Shown piece after piece: positions 1 to 8,980 of a DNA stretch of 64,000 nucleotides; position 1 is the first letter of the stretch; each line of letters opens with the position of its first letter. The stretch is from a virus. Taxonomy: Duplodnaviria > Caudoviricetes. Below the pieces are notes generated by a model. The model was not told the DNA's origin and did not search any database. It saw only the letters and a list, made by a program, of their open reading frames with translations. A program made the position numbers and the translations under genes. Location of the stretch: positions 7,894 through 71,893 of the IMG/VR virus record IMGVR_UViG_3300031998_000059; one strand, written 5' to 3'.

Positions 1-1
1 C

Positions 2-178
2 GGCAGTACTGCTGATGCCATCACCGACTTTGCGGAGGTCTTTGCCGGAAAGAAGACCATGAGGGCTGCTCTGGCAAACGTGAGGAACATGGAGCGTGAA
101 CTCATAGAGGAAAGGAAGAAACTGATAAACAAGAAGATACTTGACAACTTGAAAGATAAGGAGGAAAGCAATGTTTAA
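2..178 (+). CDS. 3' end of hypothetical protein (partial)
   Basis: Open frame from the window edge to TAA at 176-178, overlapping the next ATG. Confidence 0.5.
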   Translation, partial: GSTADAITDFAEVFAGKKTMRAALANVRNMERELIEERKKLINKKILDNLKDKEESNV

Positions 179-482
179 GACGATTTACATCAGCCTGCCA
201 GTATCAGGCTACAATATCTCTGAACGCTACAACCGGGCCGAGAAGATTAAGGAAAGACTGCTTGCAGACGGATGGGCGGTCATGAGTCCTATAGGCAAGA
301 GCGGTGTGCCAGACGATGCACCGAGGGAGGTCCACATGAGAGATGATCTGAAGCTGTTGCTAAAATGCGATGCCATCTACCTTGACAATGGATGGAGCGA
401 GGCGGCAGGGTGCATATTGGAGTTTAATGTCGCACTGCAATGCGGCATGGAGATAATCAACGGAGAGAATGAAGATGGATAA
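171..482 (+). CDS. DUF4406 family protein (nucleoside deoxyribosyltransferase-like fold)
   Basis: IYISLPVSG...MRDDLKLLLKCDAIYLDNGW...GCILEF pattern. Confidence 0.75.
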   Translation: MFKTIYISLPVSGYNISERYNRAEKIKERLLADGWAVMSPIGKSGVPDDAPREVHMRDDLKLLLKCDAIYLDNGWSEAAGCILEFNVALQCGMEIINGENEDG

Positions 483-763
483 GGAACAAATCAGGATGAA
501 TTACGAGAAGGCCGTGGAAGACTACACACGGGCTATAGATGATTTTAGAAAAAACAAAATACTATTCTGACATGGAAGAGGAATACAAGGACAAGGCGCT
601 GTACTACTGGTGCGGCAGGGAAGCCGACAAGGTGGACTTCCTGACAAGGAGCGAGAGGAAGCTGTATGTGGCGGCTCTCTACAATGCAGAGATGTGGGCA
701 AGGGCGCACCCCTGCCCCGTGCTTGAGAAGCCGCTAAGTGAGATGCTACAGGAAAAAAGTTGA
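475..763 (+). pseudogene. Hypothetical protein possibly split by a frameshift at A6 (549-554)
   Basis: ORF 475-570 and ORF 539-763 join in frame if one A is removed. Confidence 0.35.
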
Positions 764-815
764 CCGTTTCCCCGCCAAGCGGCCAAAACCCGTTGTATGT
801 TAGCTTTTTAATGTT

Positions 816-823
816 TACCTTTG
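816..823 (+). promoter_or_regulatory. Bacteroidetes -7 promoter box upstream of lysis genes
   Basis: TACCTTTG matches TAnnTTTG. Confidence 0.55.
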
Positions 824-867
824 CATCCGAAGAGAGCACAAACAATTAAAATGGAACATATCTAACG

Positions 868-1233
868 ATGAATGAATTTGTTTTACCTATCATCACACTG
901 CTGGCTGGCGGTGGATTCGGGTGGCTTATTACAATCAATGCCACCAAACGCAAGGCCGAGGCGGATGCCTTCAAGGATGTCCAAGACATCTATCAGCAGA
1001 CCATCGAAGACCAGAAGACAATCTATCTGGACCTGAGAAAATACACGGAAGAATTAAGGGCAGATCGTGACGACATCAAGAAAGACCGTGACGAGATGCG
1101 CAAGCGTAACTCTGAGCTTGAAACCAAAGTTAGGGAATTGCAGGATTCTGTCGATGAACTCAGACGAGAAGTTGCCGAACTCAGGGGTGAATCAAAAATC
1201 AAGGAGGTGGAAGATGCTGAAGATATTGACTGA
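868..1233 (+). CDS. Holin-like protein (N-terminal TM plus coiled coil)
   Basis: Single hydrophobic N-terminal helix, heptad C-terminus, directly before the endolysin. Confidence 0.55.
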   Translation: MNEFVLPIITLLAGGGFGWLITINATKRKAEADAFKDVQDIYQQTIEDQKTIYLDLRKYTEELRADRDDIKKDRDEMRKRNSELETKVRELQDSVDELRREVAELRGESKIKEVEDAEDID

Positions 1234-1675
1234 ACGTAAATGGCCGAGAACAGACTATACGGTCGGCATCATGTACATCAACGGTGAGAGATTCTGTGAG
1301 ACCTTGGAGGACAAGGATAGGGGATTGACCACTGCCATGTCGCTTTCCGAGATCAAGAAGAAGAAAGTGTATATGCAGACTGCCATCCCCAAGGGCAAGT
1401 ATATCGTCACGATGGATTATTCACCCAAGTTCGGGCGCAAATTGCCACATGTGATGTACCTTGACTCGAATGGGAAGCTCGTTGAGGTGCCAGGATTCAC
1501 GGGCATCAGGATTCACAGCGGTAACACCGCCAAGGATACCGCTGGTTGTATTCTCGTTGGAAGAAATACCAAGGTTGGTATGCTCACTGATAGCAGGAAC
1601 TACAGCGACAAACTCAATGCCATCATCCAGCAGTACATCAATGCAGGAGAAAAGGTGGTGCTTGAAGTGCGGTGA
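1214..1675 (+). CDS. DUF5675-family endolysin
   Basis: YTVG.MYING..FCETLED, TAIPKGKY, GIRIHSGNTAKDTAGCILVG; start reassigned to ATG 1214. Confidence 0.75.
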   Translation: MLKILTERKWPRTDYTVGIMYINGERFCETLEDKDRGLTTAMSLSEIKKKKVYMQTAIPKGKYIVTMDYSPKFGRKLPHVMYLDSNGKLVEVPGFTGIRIHSGNTAKDTAGCILVGRNTKVGMLTDSRNYSDKLNAIIQQYINAGEKVVLEVR

Positions 1676-1904
1676 TTTATCGCCGACGGTTTTAATCGTT
1701 CTTTGACTTATTGGATTACCGATTGTTTTTTACATTTTTTAAGGCTATAATAACAAGTTTTTGTTAAATGTCTTTTTCTTTTTGAAAATTATGCCTATGT
1801 TTGCAAGTGCTAAAATGACTATGGCAAAAATGGATAAACATATCAACCATACTAAACTCCATAGGAGTGCAAATCCTTTTGAGAAGAAATCGGGCAATAA
1901 TCCT

Positions 1905-2099
1905 ATGAGAAGATTTGCCTTTTTCACCTTGTTTGTACCAAAGAACCCGTTTATGTTCGGTTTCGGTAGTATATTTAATATCAGTGGTAGGTATGTTAGA
2001 ATGAATGGTTATCTGGACGGCTCTGACCTGTCTGACATTGGAAATGACTGGAAAGCTGTAGGGTCTGATTTCTACCAACCTTTATTACGTAGATTCTAA
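1905..2099 (+). CDS. Small hypothetical protein, partner of DUF2335
   Basis: Low GC; DWKAVGSD C-terminus; promoter TATGTTTG at about 1797; start uncertain. Confidence 0.5.
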   Translation: MRRFAFFTLFVPKNPFMFGFGSIFNISGRYVRMNGYLDGSDLSDIGNDWKAVGSDFYQPLLRRF

Positions 2100-2100
2100 T

Positions 2101-2577
2101 ATGGCTAATGAAAGGAAGCTGTCAAGAAAAGAAAATGTCGATATAACAGCAAAGGATTCGACGGAAATAAAAGACTTGAACGAATATCTCAAGGAACTTC
2201 CCGAACATAAGAGGAAAATTGTTCTTGATATATTTGCTATGGAAAACAAATCATTCAGCGGTCCATTGCCACCTCCAGAATTATTCAAACTGTATGAAGA
2301 TGCTCTTCCTGGTGCAAGCGAAAGAATATTGTCTATGGCAGAGCGTCAGCAGGCTCACAGGATTAGCACGGAGAATACGATTGTGAAGGATAATTTTGGC
2401 CTTGGGAAGAGAGGGCAAATCATAGGGGCATTGCTTGCATTCTCCTGTCTTGCATCAGCCACAGCACTTGGTCTATTTGGGCATGTATGGCTTGCGGGAT
2501 TACTTGGAGGCGGAACCATGATAGAAATACTTGTCGTATATGTTCTAAATAGGGAACCATCAAGGAAAGAGAAATAA
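2101..2577 (+). CDS. DUF2335 membrane protein
   Basis: FSGPLPPPELFKLYEDALPGASERILSMAERQQAHR plus two C-terminal TM helices. Confidence 0.8.
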   Translation: MANERKLSRKENVDITAKDSTEIKDLNEYLKELPEHKRKIVLDIFAMENKSFSGPLPPPELFKLYEDALPGASERILSMAERQQAHRISTENTIVKDNFGLGKRGQIIGALLAFSCLASATALGLFGHVWLAGLLGGGTMIEILVVYVLNREPSRKEK

Positions 2578-2600
2578 GTCTATATAGATATATATAGTGT

Positions 2601-2685
2601 AAAATAAAGCGGTAATCCAGCTACGGACTACCGCTTTTTGTTTCCTCCCGTTTCTCCGTTTATCGGAAAAGACGATGCAAAGATA
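2601..2685 (-). ncRNA. Candidate small RNA (own promoter plus terminator)
   Basis: TATCTTTG on the minus strand at 2678-2685; hairpin AAAGCGGTA..TACCGCTTT at 2606-2637; no ORF between them. Confidence 0.45.
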
Positions 2686-2715
2686 ATATATATTAATGGT
2701 TAATACAAGAAGATT

Positions 2716-3099
2716 ATGATAATTGTAAAGAATAAAATCATTCCTTTTGGAGGATTCGATGCAATGACGCTCGGACCATTCGTGTTCACACGGAAAGATA
2801 AAGATAAGGTGGATGCTGTATTGTTAAACCACGAATCAATCCATTGGGAGCAGCAGAAGGAACTGCTTATTCTGCCGTTCTTCCTGCTCTACGGCTTGCT
2901 GTATGTGGTAGAACTAATACACTGCCTATTCGCCAAGAAACGAGGTCAGAACCCTAATCCCAACGGAATAAGACGGACTATCTGGAAACGAGCCTATCGT
3001 TCAATCATCTTTGAACGGGAAGCCTACGGGAATCAGGAGAATATGAACTACCTCAAGGAACGCAAGTTCTGGGGCTTTCTCAAATACGCATTCCAATGA
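2716..3099 (+). CDS. Membrane-associated HExxH protein
   Basis: LLNHESIHWEQQKELL followed by a TM helix. Confidence 0.6.
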   Translation: MIIVKNKIIPFGGFDAMTLGPFVFTRKDKDKVDAVLLNHESIHWEQQKELLILPFFLLYGLLYVVELIHCLFAKKRGQNPNPNGIRRTIWKRAYRSIIFEREAYGNQENMNYLKERKFWGFLKYAFQ

Positions 3100-3635
3100 A
3101 AGACGAGGATTACAAGGAATATTGCCGCAAGGCTTCAAGGCAGGCCATCAAGTCCATCTTCACGCTTATAGGAATCATGCTTGTCATAAGCCTGATTATC
3201 CTGCTCGGAGGGTGCAGGTCAATCAAGTATGTACCCGTTGTGCATGAGGTGCATGATACTTTGACGCAGCACGTACACGACACCCTTAAGGTGACGGAAA
3301 AGACGGAGGTACAGGTTTTCGTGTCGGTCAAGGATTCAACCGTACAGGTGCAGAATGACAAGGGCGAAACCATTAAGGAGGAGCATTGGCACAATATCGA
3401 CCATTACCACTTTGAGAGCGACAGCACAGCCCACTACAAGGCGCTCTACGACTCCATAAGAACCGTTAAGGTCGAAAAGGAGCCAGTTATCCAAGTGGTG
3501 GAAAAAGACCTCACCAAGTGGCAGCAACGCTTCCTCACGATAGGCAAGGTATCAAGTGGCATATACGGAGGCTTGCTCATCGCCACCGTTGTGTGGATAA
3601 TATACAGAATAAGACGGAAAAAGATTGTTAAATAA
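3096..3635 (+). CDS. Unimolecular spanin-like lipoprotein
   Basis: Lipobox LGGC, beta-rich middle, C-terminal TM helix; in the lysis cluster. Confidence 0.55.
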   Translation: MKDEDYKEYCRKASRQAIKSIFTLIGIMLVISLIILLGGCRSIKYVPVVHEVHDTLTQHVHDTLKVTEKTEVQVFVSVKDSTVQVQNDKGETIKEEHWHNIDHYHFESDSTAHYKALYDSIRTVKVEKEPVIQVVEKDLTKWQQRFLTIGKVSSGIYGGLLIATVVWIIYRIRRKKIVK

Positions 3636-3693
3636 AGCAACGCAGATAATGTATTTAGAGATGTGTTTTTCATGATATTAGATTTAAGGGATT

Positions 3694-3847
3694 CCCACCT
3701 GCCTGTGAAGGTCGGTGGGTTTTTGAGAAGAGTCTTTTTCATTATACTAATTATTATTCTTTTTATCTCGAACCTCTGGCTTGTGAAGGTCGGAGGTTTT
3801 TTATCTATATGAAGTGTGATTGCGGAATGGGGTCGTGAAACACGACC
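3694..3847 (+). terminator. Cluster of three hairpins (two GUGA-loop terminators)
   Basis: cccacc..GTGA..ggtggg-TTTTT; aacctc..GTGA..gaggtt-TTTT; ggtcgtg-aaa-cacgacc. Confidence 0.6.
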
Positions 3848-3864
3848 TCATAGATTGATGTTTT

Positions 3865-4398
3865 TTATAGCTTCAAAGAATGCAATTCAGAATGACAGTT
3901 CTTGCAAAGCACCGCCACTTCCTTTGTCGTATATTCCCAAGCCATTGCGTTATCCCTATAATGAAGATGATGCACCTGTAAGCATTCGTTGCTACCGCAT
4001 ACCTCACATCTCTTCCCTCTTACAGCGAATACAAAAGTCCTGAATGCTTTCCACCTCGGATCATTCAATTGCCTTGTGTAGTTTATGTATTCCTTTTTAT
4101 TCGCATCGTCTTTCTTTATCCTGCCCAATCTTCTCTTCCATTCTGATTTCTTTTTCTTCAGTTCGGAAGCAGCTTCCTTTTTAGCTTCCCTCTTCTTCAT
4201 GGAAACCCAGTTTGAGTTTATCGAAACGACAACAGACTCTATGCTTTCAACATCTTTCCCTTTCAAGGTTTTCCATCCATTGGCGTTGTACCTGTCATAA
4301 ACCATACTGGCAGGCATAGTCAGCCCCATCGTTTTAATACACTCCTCCACCATCTCTATGGTAGGCCGCTTGCCTATTTCTTTGCCCTTGTACTTCAT
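3865..4398 (-). CDS. HNH endonuclease with N-terminal helical domain
   Basis: CEVCG..LQVHH..Y....W......VLCKNCHSELH. Confidence 0.85.
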   Translation of the reverse strand: MKYKGKEIGKRPTIEMVEECIKTMGLTMPASMVYDRYNANGWKTLKGKDVESIESVVVSINSNWVSMKKREAKKEAASELKKKKSEWKRRLGRIKKDDANKKEYINYTRQLNDPRWKAFRTFVFAVRGKRCEVCGSNECLQVHHLHYRDNAMAWEYTTKEVAVLCKNCHSELHSLKL

Positions 4399-4424
4399 AA
4401 AACACGCCGTTCACTTTTTACCAC

Positions 4425-5168
4425 CTAATTAATACCAACCAACATCCCTCCCTTTTCCGTGAGGGTATAGGTGTTGGCACCTACGATATACCCGTAGTCC
4501 CATGTGGTGAATGTGAAGCCTTCCACCTCACGGAAGCATACGCCCGGCATGTAGTAGTAGCGGTAGTTCGTCTTTTTCAGACAAAGGCCCAACGAGATCG
4601 CCGTTTTCACGATCCTCTGTGCGGTCCGCTCGCAGAACCCCGTCACCTTGCTTATATATCTGTAGGATATTCCGTTCTCCTTGTAGATGAAGCCGCCGGA
4701 AGCGTCCGTGTGAGCGCAACGGTTGCAGTACTTCCTTGCCTCCTTGTAGTCTTTCAGGCTGCTCGGATGCTCGGTTTGTCGAACCATTCGCTTTGCGTGT
4801 TCCTTTCTGGCTTGTATTATAAGGAAAATCATTGCCCTCAGTGAGTCATATACGGATTTGAACGAAGAGAAGTCTATCCCGTCAAGGTTGAAGTTGCGGT
4901 GTCTGCTCTTGGCGCAAATCTTTCTCAGCACAAGCACATCGTTGTTCCTGCCTTGCCTACAGACAAACCCCATAGATTCGAGCCTCGGTAGGTATTTCCT
5001 CACGGTGCTTGGGGAGATGTGTGCGAGCCTTGATATGCGGTTGATGGAGCAGTGACGGATGCAAGAGAGCCTGCCTGTCTCGTGTTTCAGGTAGAGGAGA
5101 AGTGCCAAGGGCTTGATGTCCGCTTTTGAGCCTCTCTGACTGAGTATTATGTACTTCTTTACATCCAT
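4425..5168 (-). CDS. Double winged-HTH DNA-binding protein (replication/regulator-like)
   Basis: SINRISRLAHISPSTVRKYLPRLESMGFV and SYRYISKVTGFCERTAQRIVKTA. Confidence 0.6.
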   Translation of the reverse strand: MDVKKYIILSQRGSKADIKPLALLLYLKHETGRLSCIRHCSINRISRLAHISPSTVRKYLPRLESMGFVCRQGRNNDVLVLRKICAKSRHRNFNLDGIDFSSFKSVYDSLRAMIFLIIQARKEHAKRMVRQTEHPSSLKDYKEARKYCNRCAHTDASGGFIYKENGISYRYISKVTGFCERTAQRIVKTAISLGLCLKKTNYRYYYMPGVCFREVEGFTFTTWDYGYIVGANTYTLTEKGGMLVGIN

Positions 5169-5492
5169 GTGTTTGTGTTGTTATAAAAAAAATTAGAGCT
5201 TCCCCCAACATAGATGAAAATTGCCATAGATATCAAAGAGCAGGGAAGCCCTAATTATAATATTCGCCCTTCACAGGACTGGAATATACAAGATGTTTAT
5301 GGCATTTCATCTATATGGTACGACAAAATTACAACGTTTTTGTTCTACTACCAAATATTTTCCAAAAATTTTTACGAATTATTTTCATGGGGGAAAGGCA
5401 AGGGTTTGGCCACCTGCGCCTACAGGGGTTTTGCAAGCGTAGCCCCTGCCCCCTTTGTATCATACGCTTGCACCATTTAATACGTTTGCACT

Positions 5493-6503
5493 ATGAATTA
5501 TTCAGCTGTCATGGCGTCATATCCGACGCTCACCGGTCAGCCGATGGCCGGTTTCCGCACCTATCTTGAAAACTCGGTTAATAACCCGTTTGTATTGAAT
5601 CTCCGCGACTGCACGCTTATGGAATGTATCGAGGAGTGTATCAGGGCAAAGTCACGGATGCACCCCAACTATCGTGTATCTCTCGGATGCCTATTACATA
5701 ACCTCAAAGCGATTGAGGAATCTTATGGCGTTACGCTTATGCCCGTGCAGGTTACTGACATCTTCTGGAGTTACTTCATCTCCTTTTGTCAGAGCCGAGG
5801 ACTAAGGCTGTCAACCATCGAGACAATGGCTTGGCAGGTACGCTCCATACTCACTTGGGCAACTAAGTACCAGGCGTTGGTTTCTCCAAGCTACACTGAC
5901 TTCTGCATCCCCCGTTCACAGACAAATCTAATTGCACTAACGGCAGACGAAGTGAGCCGCATAGCATATTTTGATATTGACAGATACTACGCAGACAGGA
6001 GAAAGGACGTGAGAAACACCATGCACAGAGTGCGTGACATGTTCGTTTTGAGTTGCAACCTGTACCAACGTCACAGCGACATGGTGCGGATAGCTCCATC
6101 ATGTTTCGAGCGCAACATCTTCAGGATATGCCAGCAAAAAACAGGGAATCTTGCCGTGGTCAACATAGACAAATACTCCATTGAGCCGAAGACCACATAC
6201 AGATTGTTGGAGAAGTACAACTACGAGGCACCTTACAAGGCCATGATCGGAAATTATAACCACTATCTGCACACGCTTATGTGCGACATCGGACTGACGG
6301 ATATAATAAGAATGGAAGAGCGTGTGAACGGTGTTATGAAAGTCAAGGAGATACCGAAGTGGAAGCTGATATCTTCGCACACCGCCCGCCGCACGGCCAT
6401 CACCGTCAACGTGCTTCGTGGGCATAACATCCACGCCATTAAGCGTTGCTCTGGCCACACAGACCTGCGTATATTCGACAATTACGTGAGGGATGAGGAT
6501 TAG
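5493..6503 (+). CDS. Tyrosine recombinase 1
   Basis: Catalytic R(HSD), K, HTARR, GH and Y all present. Confidence 0.9.
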   Translation: MNYSAVMASYPTLTGQPMAGFRTYLENSVNNPFVLNLRDCTLMECIEECIRAKSRMHPNYRVSLGCLLHNLKAIEESYGVTLMPVQVTDIFWSYFISFCQSRGLRLSTIETMAWQVRSILTWATKYQALVSPSYTDFCIPRSQTNLIALTADEVSRIAYFDIDRYYADRRKDVRNTMHRVRDMFVLSCNLYQRHSDMVRIAPSCFERNIFRICQQKTGNLAVVNIDKYSIEPKTTYRLLEKYNYEAPYKAMIGNYNHYLHTLMCDIGLTDIIRMEERVNGVMKVKEIPKWKLISSHTARRTAITVNVLRGHNIHAIKRCSGHTDLRIFDNYVRDED

Positions 6504-6505
6504 CC

Positions 6506-6545
6506 TGCAAACGGAACAAACGAAATGCAAACGAAATTGCAAACA
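6506..6545 (+). repeat. Four tandem (TG)CAAACG motifs after the recombinase gene
   Basis: tgcaaacg, acaaacg, tgcaaacg, tgcaaaca; related copies at 5432, 5465 and 5483. Confidence 0.6.
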
Positions 6546-6550
6546 GCAGA

Positions 6551-6578
6551 GGGCAGCCCGTAGTGACTGCCCTTTTTT
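6551..6578. terminator. Intrinsic terminator between converging genes
   Basis: gggcag/ctgccc stem plus T6. Confidence 0.7.
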
Positions 6579-6590
6579 ATGCCCTATAGT

Positions 6591-7202
6591 TTACGCCAGT
6601 TCCCAATACTCCTTGTCGGTAGGCACGGCATCGGTCTCCACCTTGGACTGATACAACACGTCTTCGTAGAACACGATGGAGTTTGCCTCATAGGTCGTGC
6701 CTGGCACATACTCACCCTTGTACAGGTGGTTGTAGTACACCGAGTGCGTGAGCAGGGCCTCTATCTGGTTGTGCAGATGCTCCAGCTTCTCTTCCACACG
6801 TCCGTACTGGCTGTTCTCGAACACTATCTGGTACAGCCCGTCAAGCACGAAAGAGCCTACGGGTATGTTGGCCTCCTCCACACTATCGACTATCCAGAAT
6901 GCGAGGTCCTTGGAGTAGGTCCTCCAGTCCTTCCCCTCATACACGCCGCTGATGTCTATGCGGTAGCTTCCGAGCTTCATCTTCATCCCGTCGAAATCCA
7001 CCCTGATGGTGTCCGCACCGACTATCTCCCAACCCTCGGCGTATTCCATCACGTCCTTGGCTGCGTAGCCGTTCCTGCGCATCTTCACGGACAGGCTTGA
7101 GCATTCGCTGAGGTCGAACTCGTCAGCACCGTCTATCTTCAGTTCATACAGGATAGCGAAGTCGTTCCCTCTCACTATCCTCAGTTCATTGTCACTTTCC
7201 AT
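6591..7202 (-). CDS. BppU-like N-terminal domain tail protein with CBM5/12-like C-terminus
   Basis: LRIVRGNDF...DL....L.V.M pattern; Y.PG..Y...SIV.Y..VLY.S.....VP....YW. Confidence 0.6.
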   Translation of the reverse strand: MESDNELRIVRGNDFAILYELKIDGADEFDLSECSSLSVKMRRNGYAAKDVMEYAEGWEIVGADTIRVDFDGMKMKLGSYRIDISGVYEGKDWRTYSKDLAFWIVDSVEEANIPVGSFVLDGLYQIVFENSQYGRVEEKLEHLHNQIEALLTHSVYYNHLYKGEYVPGTTYEANSIVFYEDVLYQSKVETDAVPTDKEYWELA

Positions 7203-7215
7203 TGCATTCCTTTTA

Positions 7216-7377
7216 TTATCGGTTAAAGACAAGGCACACTATCACCAGCAAGGCGAACAGTGCGAGAAGGAACGTGGCTGTCATGCAGCCAAGCTCCTCC
7301 TGCCGCTGCTCCATGATCTCCCTCTCTGTCATGGCGATTCGGAACCTTATCCGTTCCACATCTTCTTCCATAGCCAT
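7216..7377 (-). CDS. Small membrane protein
   Basis: Charged N-terminus plus C-terminal TM helix. Confidence 0.45.
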   Translation of the reverse strand: MAMEEDVERIRFRIAMTEREIMEQRQEELGCMTATFLLALFALLVIVCLVFNR

Positions 7378-7529
7378 ACTGCCGTAGGGACTGCGGCTGC
7401 GCCTGCAAGCACGAGGCATAAGGCATAGAACCAGTAGCCCTGCGAGGCGCACAGGCATGTGGCTGCAATCAGCCCGAAGGCTATCAGCGCCAGCACCAGG
7501 AAGTATCCTATACTCTTCAAATTCTTCAT
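7347..7529 (-). CDS. Small two-TM membrane protein
   Basis: Two hydrophobic helices; AAAGGAG upstream. Confidence 0.55.
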   Translation of the reverse strand: MKNLKSIGYFLVLALIAFGLIAATCLCASQGYWFYALCLVLAGAAAVPTAVWLWKKMWNG

Positions 7530-7568
7530 CTTTTCTCCTTTCTTTTTTTTTAAAACAATCTCAATCAG

Positions 7569-7874
7569 TTAGGGGTGAATTTGCCTATCATTTACATTAT
7601 CATTTACACTATCAATTAGGGGCGTTTTTTCTGAAATTTCCTCTATTGTTATAATATTCATAATACATCCTTTAGGGATAGTAATCAAAGAGCAGCATTG
7701 TTCAGGATTATCTCCATAGTTTTGGGCAATGGCTATGAACTCATCCGTTTCCTTGATTATTACTCCAAAAGACACAATATGTACTGGTTCTATGTCTTCA
7801 GGCAAATCACTCATAAGCACCCAAGTAGTATTAGATGTCGTACTATCTATCCACTCTATTTTTACTGCTCTCAT
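7569..7874 (-). CDS. Hypothetical protein
   Basis: VKIEWIDS..W..SFG.II.E....I.IAQ; low GC; SD-like signal. Confidence 0.7.
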   Translation of the reverse strand: MRAVKIEWIDSTTSNTTWVLMSDLPEDIEPVHIVSFGVIIKETDEFIAIAQNYGDNPEQCCSLITIPKGCIMNIITIEEISEKTPLIDSVNDNVNDRQIHP

Positions 7875-7877
7875 ATC

Positions 7878-8109
7878 AATCTCCTTTCTTAGTTAGGGAC
7901 GAAAATAACTTTGTAGGCTTTTTCTAATTCTCTTACATAAGCCCATTTGGTTGTACCATTAAGGATTTTTCCTCTACCAATTCTTGCATAGCCACCATCC
8001 TCTAAACAAAGAATCTCGCTACCATCATTCTCTGGTAAAGTTCTCCTTGCATCATGCCAAATATTTTCGACAGACTTAATCTCCATATAATCTCCTTTCT
8101 TAGTTAGGG
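7878..8109. repeat. Exact 21-bp direct repeat AATCTCCTTTCTTAGTTAGGG
   Basis: Copies at 7878-7898 and 8089-8109. Confidence 0.9.
7889..8086 (-). CDS. Hypothetical protein
   Basis: IWHDARRTLPE motif; flanked by 21-bp direct repeats. Confidence 0.65.
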   Translation of the reverse strand: MEIKSVENIWHDARRTLPENDGSEILCLEDGGYARIGRGKILNGTTKWAYVRELEKAYKVIFVPN

Positions 8110-8119
8110 GCGCACTTGA

Positions 8120-8974
8120 TTAATCATTAGCAGGAATAGCCGAATCCAAATCACCAACTGAACTATAGAAAGTAAAATCACCATTCTCGTCACACAGGCA
8201 GCAGCACTGGGAGGTTGATTCGCCATCATCAATAGTGACACTTGTACCATTAACATAGAACTGTGCTGCCCATTTAGCTGCTCTTCTTGTCTTAATGGCA
8301 TTGAGAGCATCCCGTGTGCTTCCGTAAATATTGCCACAATTGGCAACATAGATGCGTATGTAGCTATACTGACTGTAATTCCCCTTGCAGGGCTGGTCAA
8401 CCTTAATGTAATTTGCAATGTCTGATATATCCCCGATTATATTCTGCTTGTTAAGACTAAGGGAATTGTAATGTGGAAGGAAATCAAACAGTTCATCAAC
8501 TGACACAGCCCTATCTGGGTCATTGTAGCCAAGCTGGTTAAGGAACTTAGTTGTATATTCCGAGTCAGTAGATGGTGTGGCAACTGCATTTTTAGACGTG
8601 TGGAACAATACATTGTCAAAAGAGAGCAATGTATTTGTCGACCCCATGTTAAGATGTAACCATTCAACATCTTCCACCAGTATCTTTGTGCAAGTGGCAG
8701 GTACGTTTATCTCCACGAAAACATCACTGGAATCCCTGCTAATCATATACTCATACAAAGTGTCATTACCAAATTGGTAAGTTGTAACAGGAGTGATTTC
8801 AACATTGCTTTGAGCTGTCAATGCTCCGTTGTAAGAGATAATCCTTGCTTTGGACATGCCATCAAACATATACAGGCGCAAGGCAAAAGATGTTTCCTTT
8901 GTCACCAATTCCCAGTATTTCAGGTTAAGGGAACTGTCTATGAATCCGTTAACTTTAAATATAGTCGCTTCCAT
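8120..8974 (-). CDS. Hypothetical tail-associated protein (low GC)
   Basis: 284-aa ORF directly downstream of the tail fibre. Confidence 0.65.
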   Translation of the reverse strand: MEATIFKVNGFIDSSLNLKYWELVTKETSFALRLYMFDGMSKARIISYNGALTAQSNVEITPVTTYQFGNDTLYEYMISRDSSDVFVEINVPATCTKILVEDVEWLHLNMGSTNTLLSFDNVLFHTSKNAVATPSTDSEYTTKFLNQLGYNDPDRAVSVDELFDFLPHYNSLSLNKQNIIGDISDIANYIKVDQPCKGNYSQYSYIRIYVANCGNIYGSTRDALNAIKTRRAAKWAAQFYVNGTSVTIDDGESTSQCCCLCDENGDFTFYSSVGDLDSAIPAND

Positions 8975-8980
8975 ATCTAT

